64,000 nt of DNA from the NCBI GenBank assembly GCA_035654795.1, contig DASRWC010000011.1, positions 9,734-73,733 of the forward strand, written 5' to 3'. A program made the translations under genes and the position numbers. The notes under the pieces are model-generated. The model saw only the letters and a program-made list of their open reading frames with translations, was not told the DNA's origin and searched no databases. Below are positions 36,486 through 46,684 of this stretch, in pieces (position 1 is the stretch's first letter; each line of letters starts with the position of its first letter). The stretch comes from Flavobacteriaceae bacterium (GTDB lineage Bacteria > Bacteroidota > Bacteroidia > Flavobacteriales > Flavobacteriaceae).

Positions 36486-38273
36486 ATGAAAATTAAAAAC
36501 ATCGCCATTATCGCCCACGTTGACCACGGGAAAACAACCCTTGTGGACAAGATCATGAACTTTTGTAAAAAATCAGGATATGATGCTGCTGAAGAAGCGC
36601 ATCTGGATAACGAAGATCTGGAACGGGAACGCGGGATAACCATTACGGCAAAAAACGTATCGGTTACGTATAAAGGCACTAAAATCAACATCATCGATAC
36701 TCCCGGTCACGCCGATTTTGGAGGCGAAGTAGAGCGTGTGTTGAATATGGCAGACGGGGTACTGCTTTTGGTTGATGCGTTTGAAGGTCCTATGCCGCAA
36801 ACACGTTTTGTACTTCAAAAAGCATTAGCACTCGGTAAAAAACCTTGTGTGGTAATTAACAAAGTAGATAAAGAAAATTGTACCCCTGATGAGGTCCATG
36901 AAGCCGTATTTGATTTAATGTTTGATTTGGGAGCGGAAGAGTGGCAGCTGGATTTTCCGGCTGTTTACGGTTCGGCTAAGCAAATGTGGATGAGTGAAGA
37001 CTGGAGAAAACCTACAGATTCTCTAGAGCCGCTTCTGGATATGGTTCTTGAGCATATTCCTTCGCCCAAGGTGGAAGAAGGAAGCGTGCAAATGCTCATT
37101 ACATCGCTCGATTATTCTTCCTATACCGGAAGGATAGCTATTGGCAGACTTCAACGCGGAACTTTAAAAGAAGGAATGCCTATTTCCTTAGTTAAACGAG
37201 ACGGAACCATTGTGAAATCTCGCATTAAGGAACTTCACACCTTTGAAGGAATGGGACGCAAAAAAGTTTCTCAGGTTGAAGCCGGCGATATTTGCGCGCT
37301 AGTTGGTCTTGAAAGTTTTGACATTGGAGATACGGTTGCCGATGCCAATGAACCCGAAGCACTGGCTACAATTGCCATTGACGAACCCACAATGAGCATG
37401 CTTTTTACCATTAATGATTCGCCTTTTTTCGGAAAAGACGGAAAGTATGTAACATCGCGCCACATTAAAGAACGTCTGGAAAAAGAACTTGAAAAAAACC
37501 TGGCGCTGCGAGTGGAGGAGACAGATAGTGCCGATAAGTTTATGGTTTATGGGCGCGGGGTGCTCCATCTTTCAGTATTGATTGAAACCATGCGTCGTGA
37601 AGGTTATGAAGTACAAATTGGGCAGCCACAAGTTATCATTAAGGAAATTGACGGTGTAGAATGTGAGCCTGTAGAAGAAATGACCATAGATCTTCCGGAA
37701 GAGGTGAGCGGTACAGCCATTAATATGGTGACCATAAGAAAAGGGGAGATGATCAGCATGGAAAATAAAGGCGAACGTATGGTTTGTAAATTCATCATAC
37801 CTTCCCGTGGAATCATCGGCCTTCGAAATCAGATTTTGACTGCTACTGCCGGAGAAGCTATAATGACCCATAGATTCCTGGAATATCAACCAATGAAAGG
37901 AGGAATTCCGCAAAGACAGAACGGAAGCTTGGTATCCATGGAAACCGGAACTGCCATTCCGTATTCTATCGATAAACTTCAGGAACGCGGACGTTTTTTT
38001 GTAGATCCGGGAGAAGAAATTTATGAAGGACAAGTGATTGGAGAAAACAGCAGGCATGAAGACATGGTGGTGAACGTTACCAAAACAAAAAAGCTGACCA
38101 ACGTGAGAGCTTCCGGTTCTGATGATAAAGCCCGTATTGTTCCGGCAATAAAATTTTCATTGGAAGAAGCCCTGGAATATATTCAGAAAGACGAATATGT
38201 AGAGGTAACTCCGAAAAATCTGCGTCTGAGAAAAATTCTACTAAAAGAAACCGATAGAAAACGAAGCAAATAA
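36486..38273 (+). CDS. typA: Translational GTPase TypA/BipA
   Basis: [34 protein letters not shown]. 595 aa with EF-G-like domains. Confidence 0.97.
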   Translation: MKIKNIAIIAHVDHGKTTLVDKIMNFCKKSGYDAAEEAHLDNEDLERERGITITAKNVSVTYKGTKINIIDTPGHADFGGEVERVLNMADGVLLLVDAFEGPMPQTRFVLQKALALGKKPCVVINKVDKENCTPDEVHEAVFDLMFDLGAEEWQLDFPAVYGSAKQMWMSEDWRKPTDSLEPLLDMVLEHIPSPKVEEGSVQMLITSLDYSSYTGRIAIGRLQRGTLKEGMPISLVKRDGTIVKSRIKELHTFEGMGRKKVSQVEAGDICALVGLESFDIGDTVADANEPEALATIAIDEPTMSMLFTINDSPFFGKDGKYVTSRHIKERLEKELEKNLALRVEETDSADKFMVYGRGVLHLSVLIETMRREGYEVQIGQPQVIIKEIDGVECEPVEEMTIDLPEEVSGTAINMVTIRKGEMISMENKGERMVCKFIIPSRGIIGLRNQILTATAGEAIMTHRFLEYQPMKGGIPQRQNGSLVSMETGTAIPYSIDKLQERGRFFVDPGEEIYEGQVIGENSRHEDMVVNVTKTKKLTNVRASGSDDKARIVPAIKFSLEEALEYIQKDEYVEVTPKNLRLRKILLKETDRKRSK

Positions 38274-38301
38274 TTGCTCTTTAAATAAATTATTAAAAGT
38301 T

Positions 38302-38332
38302 GAGGTTCGGTTACCGGACCTCATGCTTTTTT
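38302..38332 (+). terminator. Intrinsic terminator after typA
   Basis: Stem GAGGTTCGG / CCGGACCTC (one G-U pair), 3-nt loop, then ATGC and T6. Confidence 0.7.
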
Positions 38333-38382
38333 AGTTTCTTTGTAACTTCTTCTTTTTAAGGGAGAAACTAAACCGGATAATT

Positions 38383-38583
38383 ATGTACTTTCTTTATTTT
38401 GATCCCGGACTCGGAGCTATGATTGTTCAGGCTGTGGTAGCGGCAGCGGCGGGGGTATTGCTTTTTTCTAAAAACGTGATGTACAAGGTAAAATCGATTT
38501 TGGGGCTAACCAAAAAAGAAGATAACTTGTATGATTCGATTGATATAGAAGAAAAAGATACCAAAACTCATGATAAAGACTGA
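38383..38583 (+). CDS. Small membrane protein (one TM helix, acidic tail)
   Basis: MYFLYFDPGLGAMIVQAVVAAAAGVLLF followed by a KE/D-rich tail. The 3' end overlaps the next gene by 14 nt. Confidence 0.45.
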   Translation: MYFLYFDPGLGAMIVQAVVAAAAGVLLFSKNVMYKVKSILGLTKKEDNLYDSIDIEEKDTKTHDKD

Positions 38584-39952
38584 TACAGCCCACGAGGCCT
38601 CCTTTCGAGATCCTTCGGGTTTTATGTTTTATGACGGGCATGTTTTAAGACGTGCCATTTTACCTGTTTATTTTTCTCAATATCAGAAACTGAAGGAAAG
38701 CGGTTTTTTCGATACGCTCATTTCTCAGGGATTACTAATTCCGCACGATGAAACTTCTGTTTCCGAATCACAAATTGTTATCACTCCCGAACCCATTCCT
38801 TTTATTACCAATCCTTACGAATGGAGTTTTGAACAATATAAACATGCGGCACTGCATACTTTAAAGATTCATAAATATGCCCTTTCCAAAGGCTTTATTC
38901 TGAAGGATGCATCTGCCTATAATGTTACTTTTCATAAAGGAAAACCTGTATTTATAGACACACTTTCTTTTGATTTCTATGAAGAAGGGACGCCTTGGCG
39001 GGCCTATAAACAATTTATAACCCATTTTTTCGGTCCTTTGGTTTTAGCAAAATATCACGGAATCGAAATTTTTAAAATGATGCAAACGCACATAGACGGA
39101 ATTCCGGTGGGTTTGATTGCTTCTTTGCTTCCGCGAAAAACAAAGTTTAATTCCACGCTGTTTACCAATATCCATTTGCTTGCAAAAATGGAACGAAAGC
39201 ACAGTGAAGACTATAAAGGTGAAACCAAAGTTGCCCGACTTTCAAAGAAAGCCCAAGAGAATATTGTGGATAGTCTTTTCCAATATATCCGAAATTTATC
39301 GCTGAACGAAAAGAGCGAGTGGGGGGATTACTATTCTAAAACCAATTATGAAGAAGCAGCTTTTGAAGCGAAGAAGAAGTTGATTCGGAAATGGATTTTA
39401 CCCGTTGCACCTCAAAAATTAATTGATGTGGGTGGAAATGATGGAACGTTTGCAAGAACCGTAATCGATGCTGTTCCACATATAATAGTTACCGATATTG
39501 ATGCAAATGCAGTGGCGCAAAATTATAAACGAGCGTTGGATAACAGAGAAGAGAATATGCTGCCATTTGTTTGCGATGTGCTTCAGCCTGCGCCGGGGAT
39601 TGGGTTTAATAATACCGAAAGGAGTTCGTTAATGAGCAGATTAACGGACTATGCGCCCGATGTCACCATGGCGCTCGCGCTAATTCATCATATTACGCTT
39701 TCGGGAAATGTTCCATTCGCAAAATCGGCAGACTTTTTTGCGTCGTTCTCGAAACATCTGATTATTGAGTTTCCAACACGTGAAGATTCTTGGGTTACTT
39801 CTTTATTGGTACGAAAAAGAGAGTTCATTAACCACTTCGATTTCTACAATGAAATTGAATTTGAAAAGGCTTTTTCAGCAGTGTTTACATTAGTTGAAAA
39901 AGAGCAGATTTCCGGTACCCAACGCATTCTCTATCACTTCCTGAAAAAATAG
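38570..39952 (+). CDS. Class I SAM-dependent methyltransferase with a large N-terminal domain
   Basis: Motif I LIDVGGNDGTF, followed by VTDID and ALALIHHI in the C-terminal half. The N-terminal 250 aa is not assignable. Confidence 0.7.
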   Translation: MIKTDTAHEASFRDPSGFMFYDGHVLRRAILPVYFSQYQKLKESGFFDTLISQGLLIPHDETSVSESQIVITPEPIPFITNPYEWSFEQYKHAALHTLKIHKYALSKGFILKDASAYNVTFHKGKPVFIDTLSFDFYEEGTPWRAYKQFITHFFGPLVLAKYHGIEIFKMMQTHIDGIPVGLIASLLPRKTKFNSTLFTNIHLLAKMERKHSEDYKGETKVARLSKKAQENIVDSLFQYIRNLSLNEKSEWGDYYSKTNYEEAAFEAKKKLIRKWILPVAPQKLIDVGGNDGTFARTVIDAVPHIIVTDIDANAVAQNYKRALDNREENMLPFVCDVLQPAPGIGFNNTERSSLMSRLTDYAPDVTMALALIHHITLSGNVPFAKSADFFASFSKHLIIEFPTREDSWVTSLLVRKREFINHFDFYNEIEFEKAFSAVFTLVEKEQISGTQRILYHFLKK

Positions 39953-39971
39953 AAGAAACTAAACAAATTTC

Positions 39972-41147
39972 TTATGCTCTTCGGGAAATTCGAAGGAGAT
40001 AAATATACCTTACAGCCAGTCCTGCAAGAAGCGGAATGATTCCGACAGAGAATTTCTGAACTCCTGTAATCCAATGGATAATCAGTAGGCTCAGAAATAT
40101 CACTAACATTGAAACATATTTCCGGAATCCGCCTGAAATACCAGGTCTTGAAGCAGCGATCACGGCAAAGACAGATAGCGGAAATGCCCAAAGCATGTTA
40201 TAATTATACGCTGCGGCGCTATGGTCTGTAGCAACCCACAAGAGGAATAGAAAAATTCCGAATAGTCCGGTAATCAAGAAAATTGAAACATCCAGCCACC
40301 GACTGCGTTTCTCTTTTTTGATATCCATCACTGTAATTCCTATGATAAGCAGTCCCAGAATTCCAAAAATAAATAATGGTGAGGTGAAAAAAGAAGATTC
40401 TTTTGGTTGCGGATTGTTATCAAACAAAGTTCTTTCTTTTTTGACCAAGGATTCGGGACCATCGTTGTGGTAAATAACTGCATTTTCGGCACTCAAATAA
40501 ACATATTCCGGAAGGAATTGATATTCCTCCGGCGTTGCATCTTTATCAATCGGTGCGCCGAGAGCCAAGTCTATTCCGAGACTTCCCCATGAATTCTGAT
40601 TTACGTGATTATGGATATGTTCCCGAAATGTGTAAATACTATCGATATAATCATAATTGTACTCAAGCCGATCACCAAGTGTGACTTTCAAAACATCGCG
40701 GATTTTTGTCGCGCAGTTGTCATAGAAATAATCGTACCTATATTGCTTATTCTCCGGTCGTGCGTTGATCCACAGAAAATCGGAAACCGCTTGTTTCTCT
40801 TCTTTGGTAAGATTTAGTATCTGCTCTTTTATCCATCGGTTTTCGGCGACATAATTCTGATAAAAATCGTGATAATAGGCTACTCCCAACTCATAGAGCA
40901 TGGTTCCTTGTGCAAAACGGAGGTAAAAATGTGGCTGATTAAAATCGTAAACGCCGTAATTAAAAACCACATCTACCCCTGAAAGAGAATCTTTTACACG
41001 AAACGCACTGTGTCCGAATTTGTCATACAGTTCTTTCCCCGGACCTATGGTAAGAATGCTAACCTCCGCGGCGTCTGAAAGAGCACCAAATTGTGCGTGT
41101 GACACAAGACCTACACTGAAAAGTATATAAAGAAGAAATTTTTTCAA
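39972..41147 (-). CDS. DUF4105-like protein with a periplasmic N-domain and a multi-TM C-terminal region
   Basis: Signal peptide. GHSAFRV and FNYGVYDF motifs typical of DUF4105. About 4 C-terminal TM helices. Confidence 0.65.
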   Translation of the reverse strand: MKKFLLYILFSVGLVSHAQFGALSDAAEVSILTIGPGKELYDKFGHSAFRVKDSLSGVDVVFNYGVYDFNQPHFYLRFAQGTMLYELGVAYYHDFYQNYVAENRWIKEQILNLTKEEKQAVSDFLWINARPENKQYRYDYFYDNCATKIRDVLKVTLGDRLEYNYDYIDSIYTFREHIHNHVNQNSWGSLGIDLALGAPIDKDATPEEYQFLPEYVYLSAENAVIYHNDGPESLVKKERTLFDNNPQPKESSFFTSPLFIFGILGLLIIGITVMDIKKEKRSRWLDVSIFLITGLFGIFLFLLWVATDHSAAAYNYNMLWAFPLSVFAVIAASRPGISGGFRKYVSMLVIFLSLLIIHWITGVQKFSVGIIPLLAGLAVRYIYLLRISRRA

Positions 41148-41230
41148 TTTGAGAAATTAAGCCGCAAAGGTAAGAAATACAAAAATGAGTTGTATGGCAC
41201 GAAAAGCAGGAGCTCTCAAAACTATTGGAA

Positions 41231-41605
41231 TTAAAACTTAATCCCGATGAAAAGACCAAGAAAAACGGCAGCAATTCCGAAAATTAAACTTGCTAAAATA
41301 TAGAGTATGATAGCGGAATATTCGCCCGATTTTAGAAGGGTATAATTTTCATAAGCAAAAGCAGAAAAAGTCGTAAAACCTCCGCAAAATCCCGTTACCA
41401 AAAGCAGGTGTAATTTGTTCTGGGAATCACCCTGTTTGAGTAGAACTGCAATTAGAACTCCAATCAAAAAGGATCCTAAAATATTTACTGACAAGGTTCC
41501 GAGAGTGTTGAAGTCCGGAAACTTCTTAGCAACAATTTGTCCTACCCCATAACGTAATCCGCTACCAATACCTCCTCCCAATATTACAAGAAGTAGGTTT
41601 TGCAT
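41231..41605 (-). CDS. crcB: Fluoride ion channel CrcB/FluC
   Basis: GGGIGSGLRY and GFCGGFTTFSAF motifs. 124 aa, 4 TM helices. Confidence 0.93.
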   Translation of the reverse strand: MQNLLLVILGGGIGSGLRYGVGQIVAKKFPDFNTLGTLSVNILGSFLIGVLIAVLLKQGDSQNKLHLLLVTGFCGGFTTFSAFAYENYTLLKSGEYSAIILYILASLIFGIAAVFLGLFIGIKF

Positions 41606-42657
41606 TAGATTCCTTCTAGGGTTTCTATTTCTTTTTCTTTGATCGGCAGGTATATTTCAGTTACCCAGGCTGCCGGATTAAGATTGTCATCTTCGCCGAC
41701 ACTGAATATTTCGAAAATTTTTCGATCCGGATTTTCCTTATAGCCGTTTTCTCTCATAAAAGCTCGTGCATCGGAGTAGGCTTCCTCAACATGTTGATAA
41801 TTGCCTTTTAAGGTGACCTTTACGGCACTCACGGGTTCAAAAAAACCGGCCACAACCGGACTTTCATCGGGAGTTATTACTTGTTCACGAACGGGGATGC
41901 CGGCCGAGAAAATAATGTTTTTATTGGCAGGATCGATTTCATTATAAATCAACAAAGGCTGTCCCGATAGCCGTATATTATTGTCTTCCGTAAACTTCTG
42001 TACCTGCCGGAACATTGGAATCATCTTTTGATGGACTTCCTTAGATTTTGCTACGGATGAAACAAACATATAGTAACCGCCGCCATAATGTGTAATTCCG
42101 TCCACGTTTATACTGTAAAGTTGCATGTCCTCCTTAACCACTCGTTCAAGAGCCGTTAGAGACAGTTCTTTGTTGTTTCTCCAGGAACTTTCAAAATCTT
42201 TTTTGACAAGAGCAAAATAGATTTTGTCCATCAAACTGTGTTTCCCACTAAAGATCCAATGTACATTGGTTTGATTTTGTTCTGATTCAAAAAGCCATTT
42301 CATGACAGCCTTTCTTTCACCAAAAAACGTATGGTATGTTATTTCCTGCTCAATTTCTGAGTTCGGAATCACGCGTGTGGTAACGAGATCTCCTTTTTCA
42401 TTACCACTCCAATGGATTGAAGCACCTTCCCCCGTAGATTTTTCGGCCTTACTGAAATGAAGTTCTGATGGATTGGTCCACGGGCCCCAAGTTTCCCAGC
42501 TTTCCAAACTATTTACCTTTTCAAAAACAACAGGCAGGGGAGCGTCTATTACTTTAGTGTTTTCAATGGTAAATGACCCTTCTTGTGTTCCAAAATAAAT
42601 AGCACTTCCTATAAATACCAAAAGGAGAAGAAAAAAGAGGTATTTTACGATTTTCAT
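41605..42657 (-). CDS. Membrane-anchored protein with SRPBCC-like and GyrI-like (small-molecule binding) domains
   Basis: N-terminal TM helix. START/SRPBCC-like first half and GyrI-like second half, assigned by resemblance only. Its stop overlaps the crcB start (TAATG). Confidence 0.5.
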   Translation of the reverse strand: MKIVKYLFFLLLLVFIGSAIYFGTQEGSFTIENTKVIDAPLPVVFEKVNSLESWETWGPWTNPSELHFSKAEKSTGEGASIHWSGNEKGDLVTTRVIPNSEIEQEITYHTFFGERKAVMKWLFESEQNQTNVHWIFSGKHSLMDKIYFALVKKDFESSWRNNKELSLTALERVVKEDMQLYSINVDGITHYGGGYYMFVSSVAKSKEVHQKMIPMFRQVQKFTEDNNIRLSGQPLLIYNEIDPANKNIIFSAGIPVREQVITPDESPVVAGFFEPVSAVKVTLKGNYQHVEEAYSDARAFMRENGYKENPDRKIFEIFSVGEDDNLNPAAWVTEIYLPIKEKEIETLEGI

Positions 42658-42809
42658 AATTAGAGTGGGGTTGGGGGTTGTAATTGATGGCTAAGATATA
42701 TAAAATTCGTGAAGTCTATTAAATTTCTACAATTAACCCCACAATATAAGAAGCTGTCTTAAGAATAAATTTTTTTACATTTGTTCGAATTCAAAAATCA
42801 ACTAAAAAT

Positions 42810-44855
42810 ATGAAAAAAACAGTCTTAATAGGTCTGACTGTCGGCACTTTTGTGTTTTATTCCTGTAAAAACAATAAAATGGCTGAACCTGCTGAAACAG
42901 CGGTAGTGGAAACGGAAAACACTTCCGAATTTCATTATACAGTAGATCAATTTGCAGATTTGCGCGTGTTGCGCTATGACATTCCCGGGTGGGACAAGTT
43001 AACGCTTAAAGAGCAAACCCTTGTTTATTATCTGGTTCAGGCAGGACTTGAAGGAAGAGATATCATGTGGGATCAAAACTATCGTCATAATCTCACGATT
43101 AGAAAAGCATTGGAAAATATTTATCAAAACTATAAAGGAGATAAAAATACAGATGACTGGAAAAGCTTTGAGATTTATTTGAAGCGCGTTTGGTTCAGTA
43201 ACGGAATCCATCATCATTATTCTTCAGATAAAATAAAACCGGATTTCTCGGCAGAATTTTTGAAACAATTATTGGCCGATACCGGAACAATCTTGGAAGG
43301 AGAAGCTTTCGAAGTAATCTTTAATGACAAGGATACGAAAAAAGTGAATCTTTCTCCAAAGGCGGATAATGCGAAGCAGAGTGCCGTAAACTTCTATGGA
43401 CCTGATATCACAAACAAAGATGTGCAAACGTTCTATGCCAAGATGAAATCCCCAAATCCGGAAAAACCTTTATCTTTTGGATTGAACTCTCAGTTGGTAA
43501 AAGAGAATGGAGTAGTAAAGGAAAGAGTATATAAATCCGGTGGTCTTTATGGTTCTGCCATTGATAAAATCATCGGCTGGCTTGAAAAAGCTCAAGGAGT
43601 AGCGGAAAATCAAAAGCAAGCCGACGCTCTTGGACTTCTTATAGAATATTACCGAAGCGGAGACCTTCAAAAATGGGATGATTACAATGTAGCATGGACA
43701 GCAGCCACAGAGGGAAATATTGATTATATAAACGGATTTATTGAGGTGTATAATGATCCTCTCGGATATAAGGGATCTTATGAGACTATAGTGCAAATTA
43801 AAGATTTTGATATGTCTCAGCGTATGGCGGTACTCTCAGAAAACGCACAATGGTTTGAAGATAATTCCCCATTGATGAATGAACATAAGAGAGAAAACGT
43901 GGTAGGAGTTTCTTATAAAGTGGTTAACGTTGCCGGGGAAGCCGGAGATGCGTCACCTACTACACCAATTGGAGTGAATTTACCAAATGCCGATTGGATC
44001 CGCGCAGCAGTAGGGAGTAAATCTGTTTCTTTAGGAAATATTATCGACGCATATAATAATGCAGGATCGGAAGGTAGATTAAGAGAATTTTCTCACAGCG
44101 ATGAAGTTTATGAACGTGCTAAAAAGTATGGAGAAATTGCAGATAAATTGCATACAGCTTTACACGAAGTCATTGGCCACGCATCAGGAAGATTGAATCC
44201 CGGTGTGGGAGAACCCAAAGAAACTCTTAGAAATTATGCTTCCACTTTAGAAGAAGGCCGGGCAGATCTTCTAGGATTATACTATTTGTATTCTCCTAAA
44301 CTTCAGGAGCTTGGATTGGTGGATAATTGGAAAGAAGTAGGAATGGCTGCTTATGACAATTACATCAAAAACGGGCAGATGACCCAACTTATCAGGCTCA
44401 ATTTAGGAGATGATATTGAGCAGGCACATATGAGAAACCGCCAATGGGTTTCCGGCTGGGTCTATGATAAAGGGAAAGCAGATAACGTAATTGAGAAAGT
44501 GAAAATAAATGGGAAAACTTTCTTTAAAATCAATGATTATGAAAAGTTGCATGAGTTATTTGGGCAGTTGTTGAGAGAGACTCAACGCATAAAGTCTGAA
44601 GGAGATTATAAAGCCGCTCATGACTTAGTTGAAACCTACGGAGTGAAAGTAGATCAGGAAGTTCACAAAGAAGTTCTTGAACGAAATAAACAATTTGAAG
44701 CTGCGCCGTATAGCGGTTTTGTCAATCCTGTAATTGTTCCGAAGATGAATGATAAAGGAGAAATTGAAAGTTTCACCATTGAACAGCCTAAGACTTTTGA
44801 AGAGCAAATGCTTTTTTATTCCAAAAATTACAGCAACCTGCCAGAAAAAAATTAA
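42810..44855 (+). CDS. Dipeptidyl-peptidase III (M49) family lipoprotein
   Basis: Lipobox FVFYSC|KNN. Zinc motifs HEVIGH (HExxGH) and EEGRADL (EExRAE/D). Confidence 0.85.
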   Translation: MKKTVLIGLTVGTFVFYSCKNNKMAEPAETAVVETENTSEFHYTVDQFADLRVLRYDIPGWDKLTLKEQTLVYYLVQAGLEGRDIMWDQNYRHNLTIRKALENIYQNYKGDKNTDDWKSFEIYLKRVWFSNGIHHHYSSDKIKPDFSAEFLKQLLADTGTILEGEAFEVIFNDKDTKKVNLSPKADNAKQSAVNFYGPDITNKDVQTFYAKMKSPNPEKPLSFGLNSQLVKENGVVKERVYKSGGLYGSAIDKIIGWLEKAQGVAENQKQADALGLLIEYYRSGDLQKWDDYNVAWTAATEGNIDYINGFIEVYNDPLGYKGSYETIVQIKDFDMSQRMAVLSENAQWFEDNSPLMNEHKRENVVGVSYKVVNVAGEAGDASPTTPIGVNLPNADWIRAAVGSKSVSLGNIIDAYNNAGSEGRLREFSHSDEVYERAKKYGEIADKLHTALHEVIGHASGRLNPGVGEPKETLRNYASTLEEGRADLLGLYYLYSPKLQELGLVDNWKEVGMAAYDNYIKNGQMTQLIRLNLGDDIEQAHMRNRQWVSGWVYDKGKADNVIEKVKINGKTFFKINDYEKLHELFGQLLRETQRIKSEGDYKAAHDLVETYGVKVDQEVHKEVLERNKQFEAAPYSGFVNPVIVPKMNDKGEIESFTIEQPKTFEEQMLFYSKNYSNLPEKN

Positions 44856-44910
44856 CCCCACGGCAGAGACTGCTTTCAAAAAATTAACGGTTAAGTCTTA
44901 TAGAAAACCG

Positions 44911-44947
44911 GCAGAAAATCCCGTCCTTTCGGGATTTTCTGCTTTTT
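44911..44947 (+). terminator. Intrinsic terminator after the DPP III gene
   Basis: Perfect 13-bp stem GCAGAAAATCCCG / CGGGATTTTCTGC, 6-nt loop, then T5. Confidence 0.85.
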
Positions 44948-45045
44948 ATCCTTCCTAACGAATGAACAACAAAATCACGTATGCCGGCCGGTGATACCGT
45001 GCAAAAATGAGTTCTGACAAAGATGATTGAATCTGTCGCTGTTTG

Positions 45046-46569
45046 CTAAAGAATTTGTCGTACAAACTGCTCCCATTTCCTAAATTTTTCTTCTGACATT
45101 ACTTTTTCCATTTTCACCTGCCCACCTTTCTTTTTTTGGTGACCGTTCCATTCGTGGAATACTTGTGGAGGGACAGTGGTAACTAAAACATCTTTAAGGG
45201 CTTTGGATCGTGCCACTTTATAGTTCTTGTTTGCTTCCATCAGCGCTTTATCCAAAGACTGCGAAAGATGATCTGAATCAACTTCGCCTTCTACTCCCAG
45301 ATACCAATGATGTATATAGTCTCCGTCTTTTTTAACGGCTGCCAGTGTAAATTCAGGAATTTTAATATCGAATTTTTCTTCCATTTCCATAAGTGCAACT
45401 TCCATTTTATTTACTGAAAGCTGAGATCCTACCACGTTTAAGAAAAATTTGGTTCGTCCTGTTATTATGATTTCTGCCCGTTCTTTATCGGTAAATTTTA
45501 TGGTGTCTCCAATTAAGTATCTCCAGGCACCTGAGACGGTACTGATAATTAATACATAATCTTTTCCTTCCTCTACTTCCTCCAGAGTAAGTGCCGGTGC
45601 ATCTTGTGATAACGATCCATCATCCAGTATGTATTCAGGCTTAAAAGGAACGAACTCAAAATAAATACCATTATCCGTGATCAGCTGCATTGATGTTGTT
45701 TCAGGTCTGTTTTGCAATGCCAGGAATCCTTCTGAGGCTAAATAGGTATCTAAAATGGTTATGGGGTGTGCAAGAAGCTCTTCATAGCTCTTTTTATATG
45801 GTGCAAAGGCAACACCGCCTGTGGCATATGCTTGTAAATTGGGCCAAATTTGGTGAATATTTTCTACCTCGTGATAGGCTATCACCCGTTTCAGCATTAA
45901 CTCAATCCACGAGGGGATGCCGCTTAGAGCGCCAATGTCCCAGTTTTTTGCATGTTTAGCTATGGATTCTACACGTTCATCCCAATCATCGATGAGGGCA
46001 ATTTCTTCTCCCGGTTTATAAAATCCGCGAAACCAAAAAGGAATGCGACTGGCGCTTATGCCACTTATTTCCCCTTCCAAAAACTGTCCGTTTTCGTCAA
46101 GTTTGGTGCTACTCCCGAGCATCATGATTTCTTTTTCAAAAAAATCGGAAGGCATATCAAAATTGGCCATGGCAGCAACCTGCTTGATCCCGGCGTTTTG
46201 TATAGCATCAATCATTTCCTCGGTCACCGGGATTTTTTTTGAGGTTTTGCCGGTGGTGCCGCTGCTTCTGGCAAAATAATGAGGCACCCCGGGCCAAGTC
46301 ACATCTTTTATGCCTTTTTGTGTTTGACACCACCATTGAGTTTCCATCTTATGATAATCAAAATAGGGTATGCGCTCTGCAAAGGCTCTTTGAATGTCAG
46401 CGGCCTCAAGTATGTCATAAAATCCATAGTATTTTCCGAAAGCCGTGTCCTTCGCTTTGTCAAGAAGTTCTTTTAAAACATCTTTCTGTGCCTCTAATGG
46501 ATTGATTTCTGAAGAAAGCGCTTCTTTTACGTCGATTGCTGCTTTGATGATTGATCCAAGGATTGCCAT
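45046..46569 (-). CDS. GH3 family (acyl-adenylate-forming) protein
   Basis: FARSSGTTGKTSKKIP adenylation motif. 507-aa length and layout typical of bacterial GH3-domain proteins. Confidence 0.85.
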   Translation of the reverse strand: MAILGSIIKAAIDVKEALSSEINPLEAQKDVLKELLDKAKDTAFGKYYGFYDILEAADIQRAFAERIPYFDYHKMETQWWCQTQKGIKDVTWPGVPHYFARSSGTTGKTSKKIPVTEEMIDAIQNAGIKQVAAMANFDMPSDFFEKEIMMLGSSTKLDENGQFLEGEISGISASRIPFWFRGFYKPGEEIALIDDWDERVESIAKHAKNWDIGALSGIPSWIELMLKRVIAYHEVENIHQIWPNLQAYATGGVAFAPYKKSYEELLAHPITILDTYLASEGFLALQNRPETTSMQLITDNGIYFEFVPFKPEYILDDGSLSQDAPALTLEEVEEGKDYVLIISTVSGAWRYLIGDTIKFTDKERAEIIITGRTKFFLNVVGSQLSVNKMEVALMEMEEKFDIKIPEFTLAAVKKDGDYIHHWYLGVEGEVDSDHLSQSLDKALMEANKNYKVARSKALKDVLVTTVPPQVFHEWNGHQKKKGGQVKMEKVMSEEKFRKWEQFVRQIL

Positions 46570-46684
46570 AAGTTTTGATTTATTTGTTGAATCTACATTT
46601 TTTGAGTTTTTTCCGAAAGGCGTTTAAATGAAGTTTAACAATTGCAGTTTTATGTCTGTCCGTATCTTTACGAAAAAAAAGAAG

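Noticed and set aside
37572-38057. 161-aa minus-strand ORF inside typA, with further shadow ORFs at 36482-36818 and 37271-37816.
   Set aside because: Shadow ORFs opposite a highly conserved GTPase gene. No recognisable domains.
42658-42809. Possible fluoride (crcB-motif) riboswitch upstream of the crcB-containing transcription unit.
   Set aside because: No GGxGAUGG...CCGCC...CUGAUGAUUCCU-like conserved segments are visible on the minus strand. crcB itself has no leader because it overlaps the upstream gene. A covariance-model scan would still be needed for certainty.
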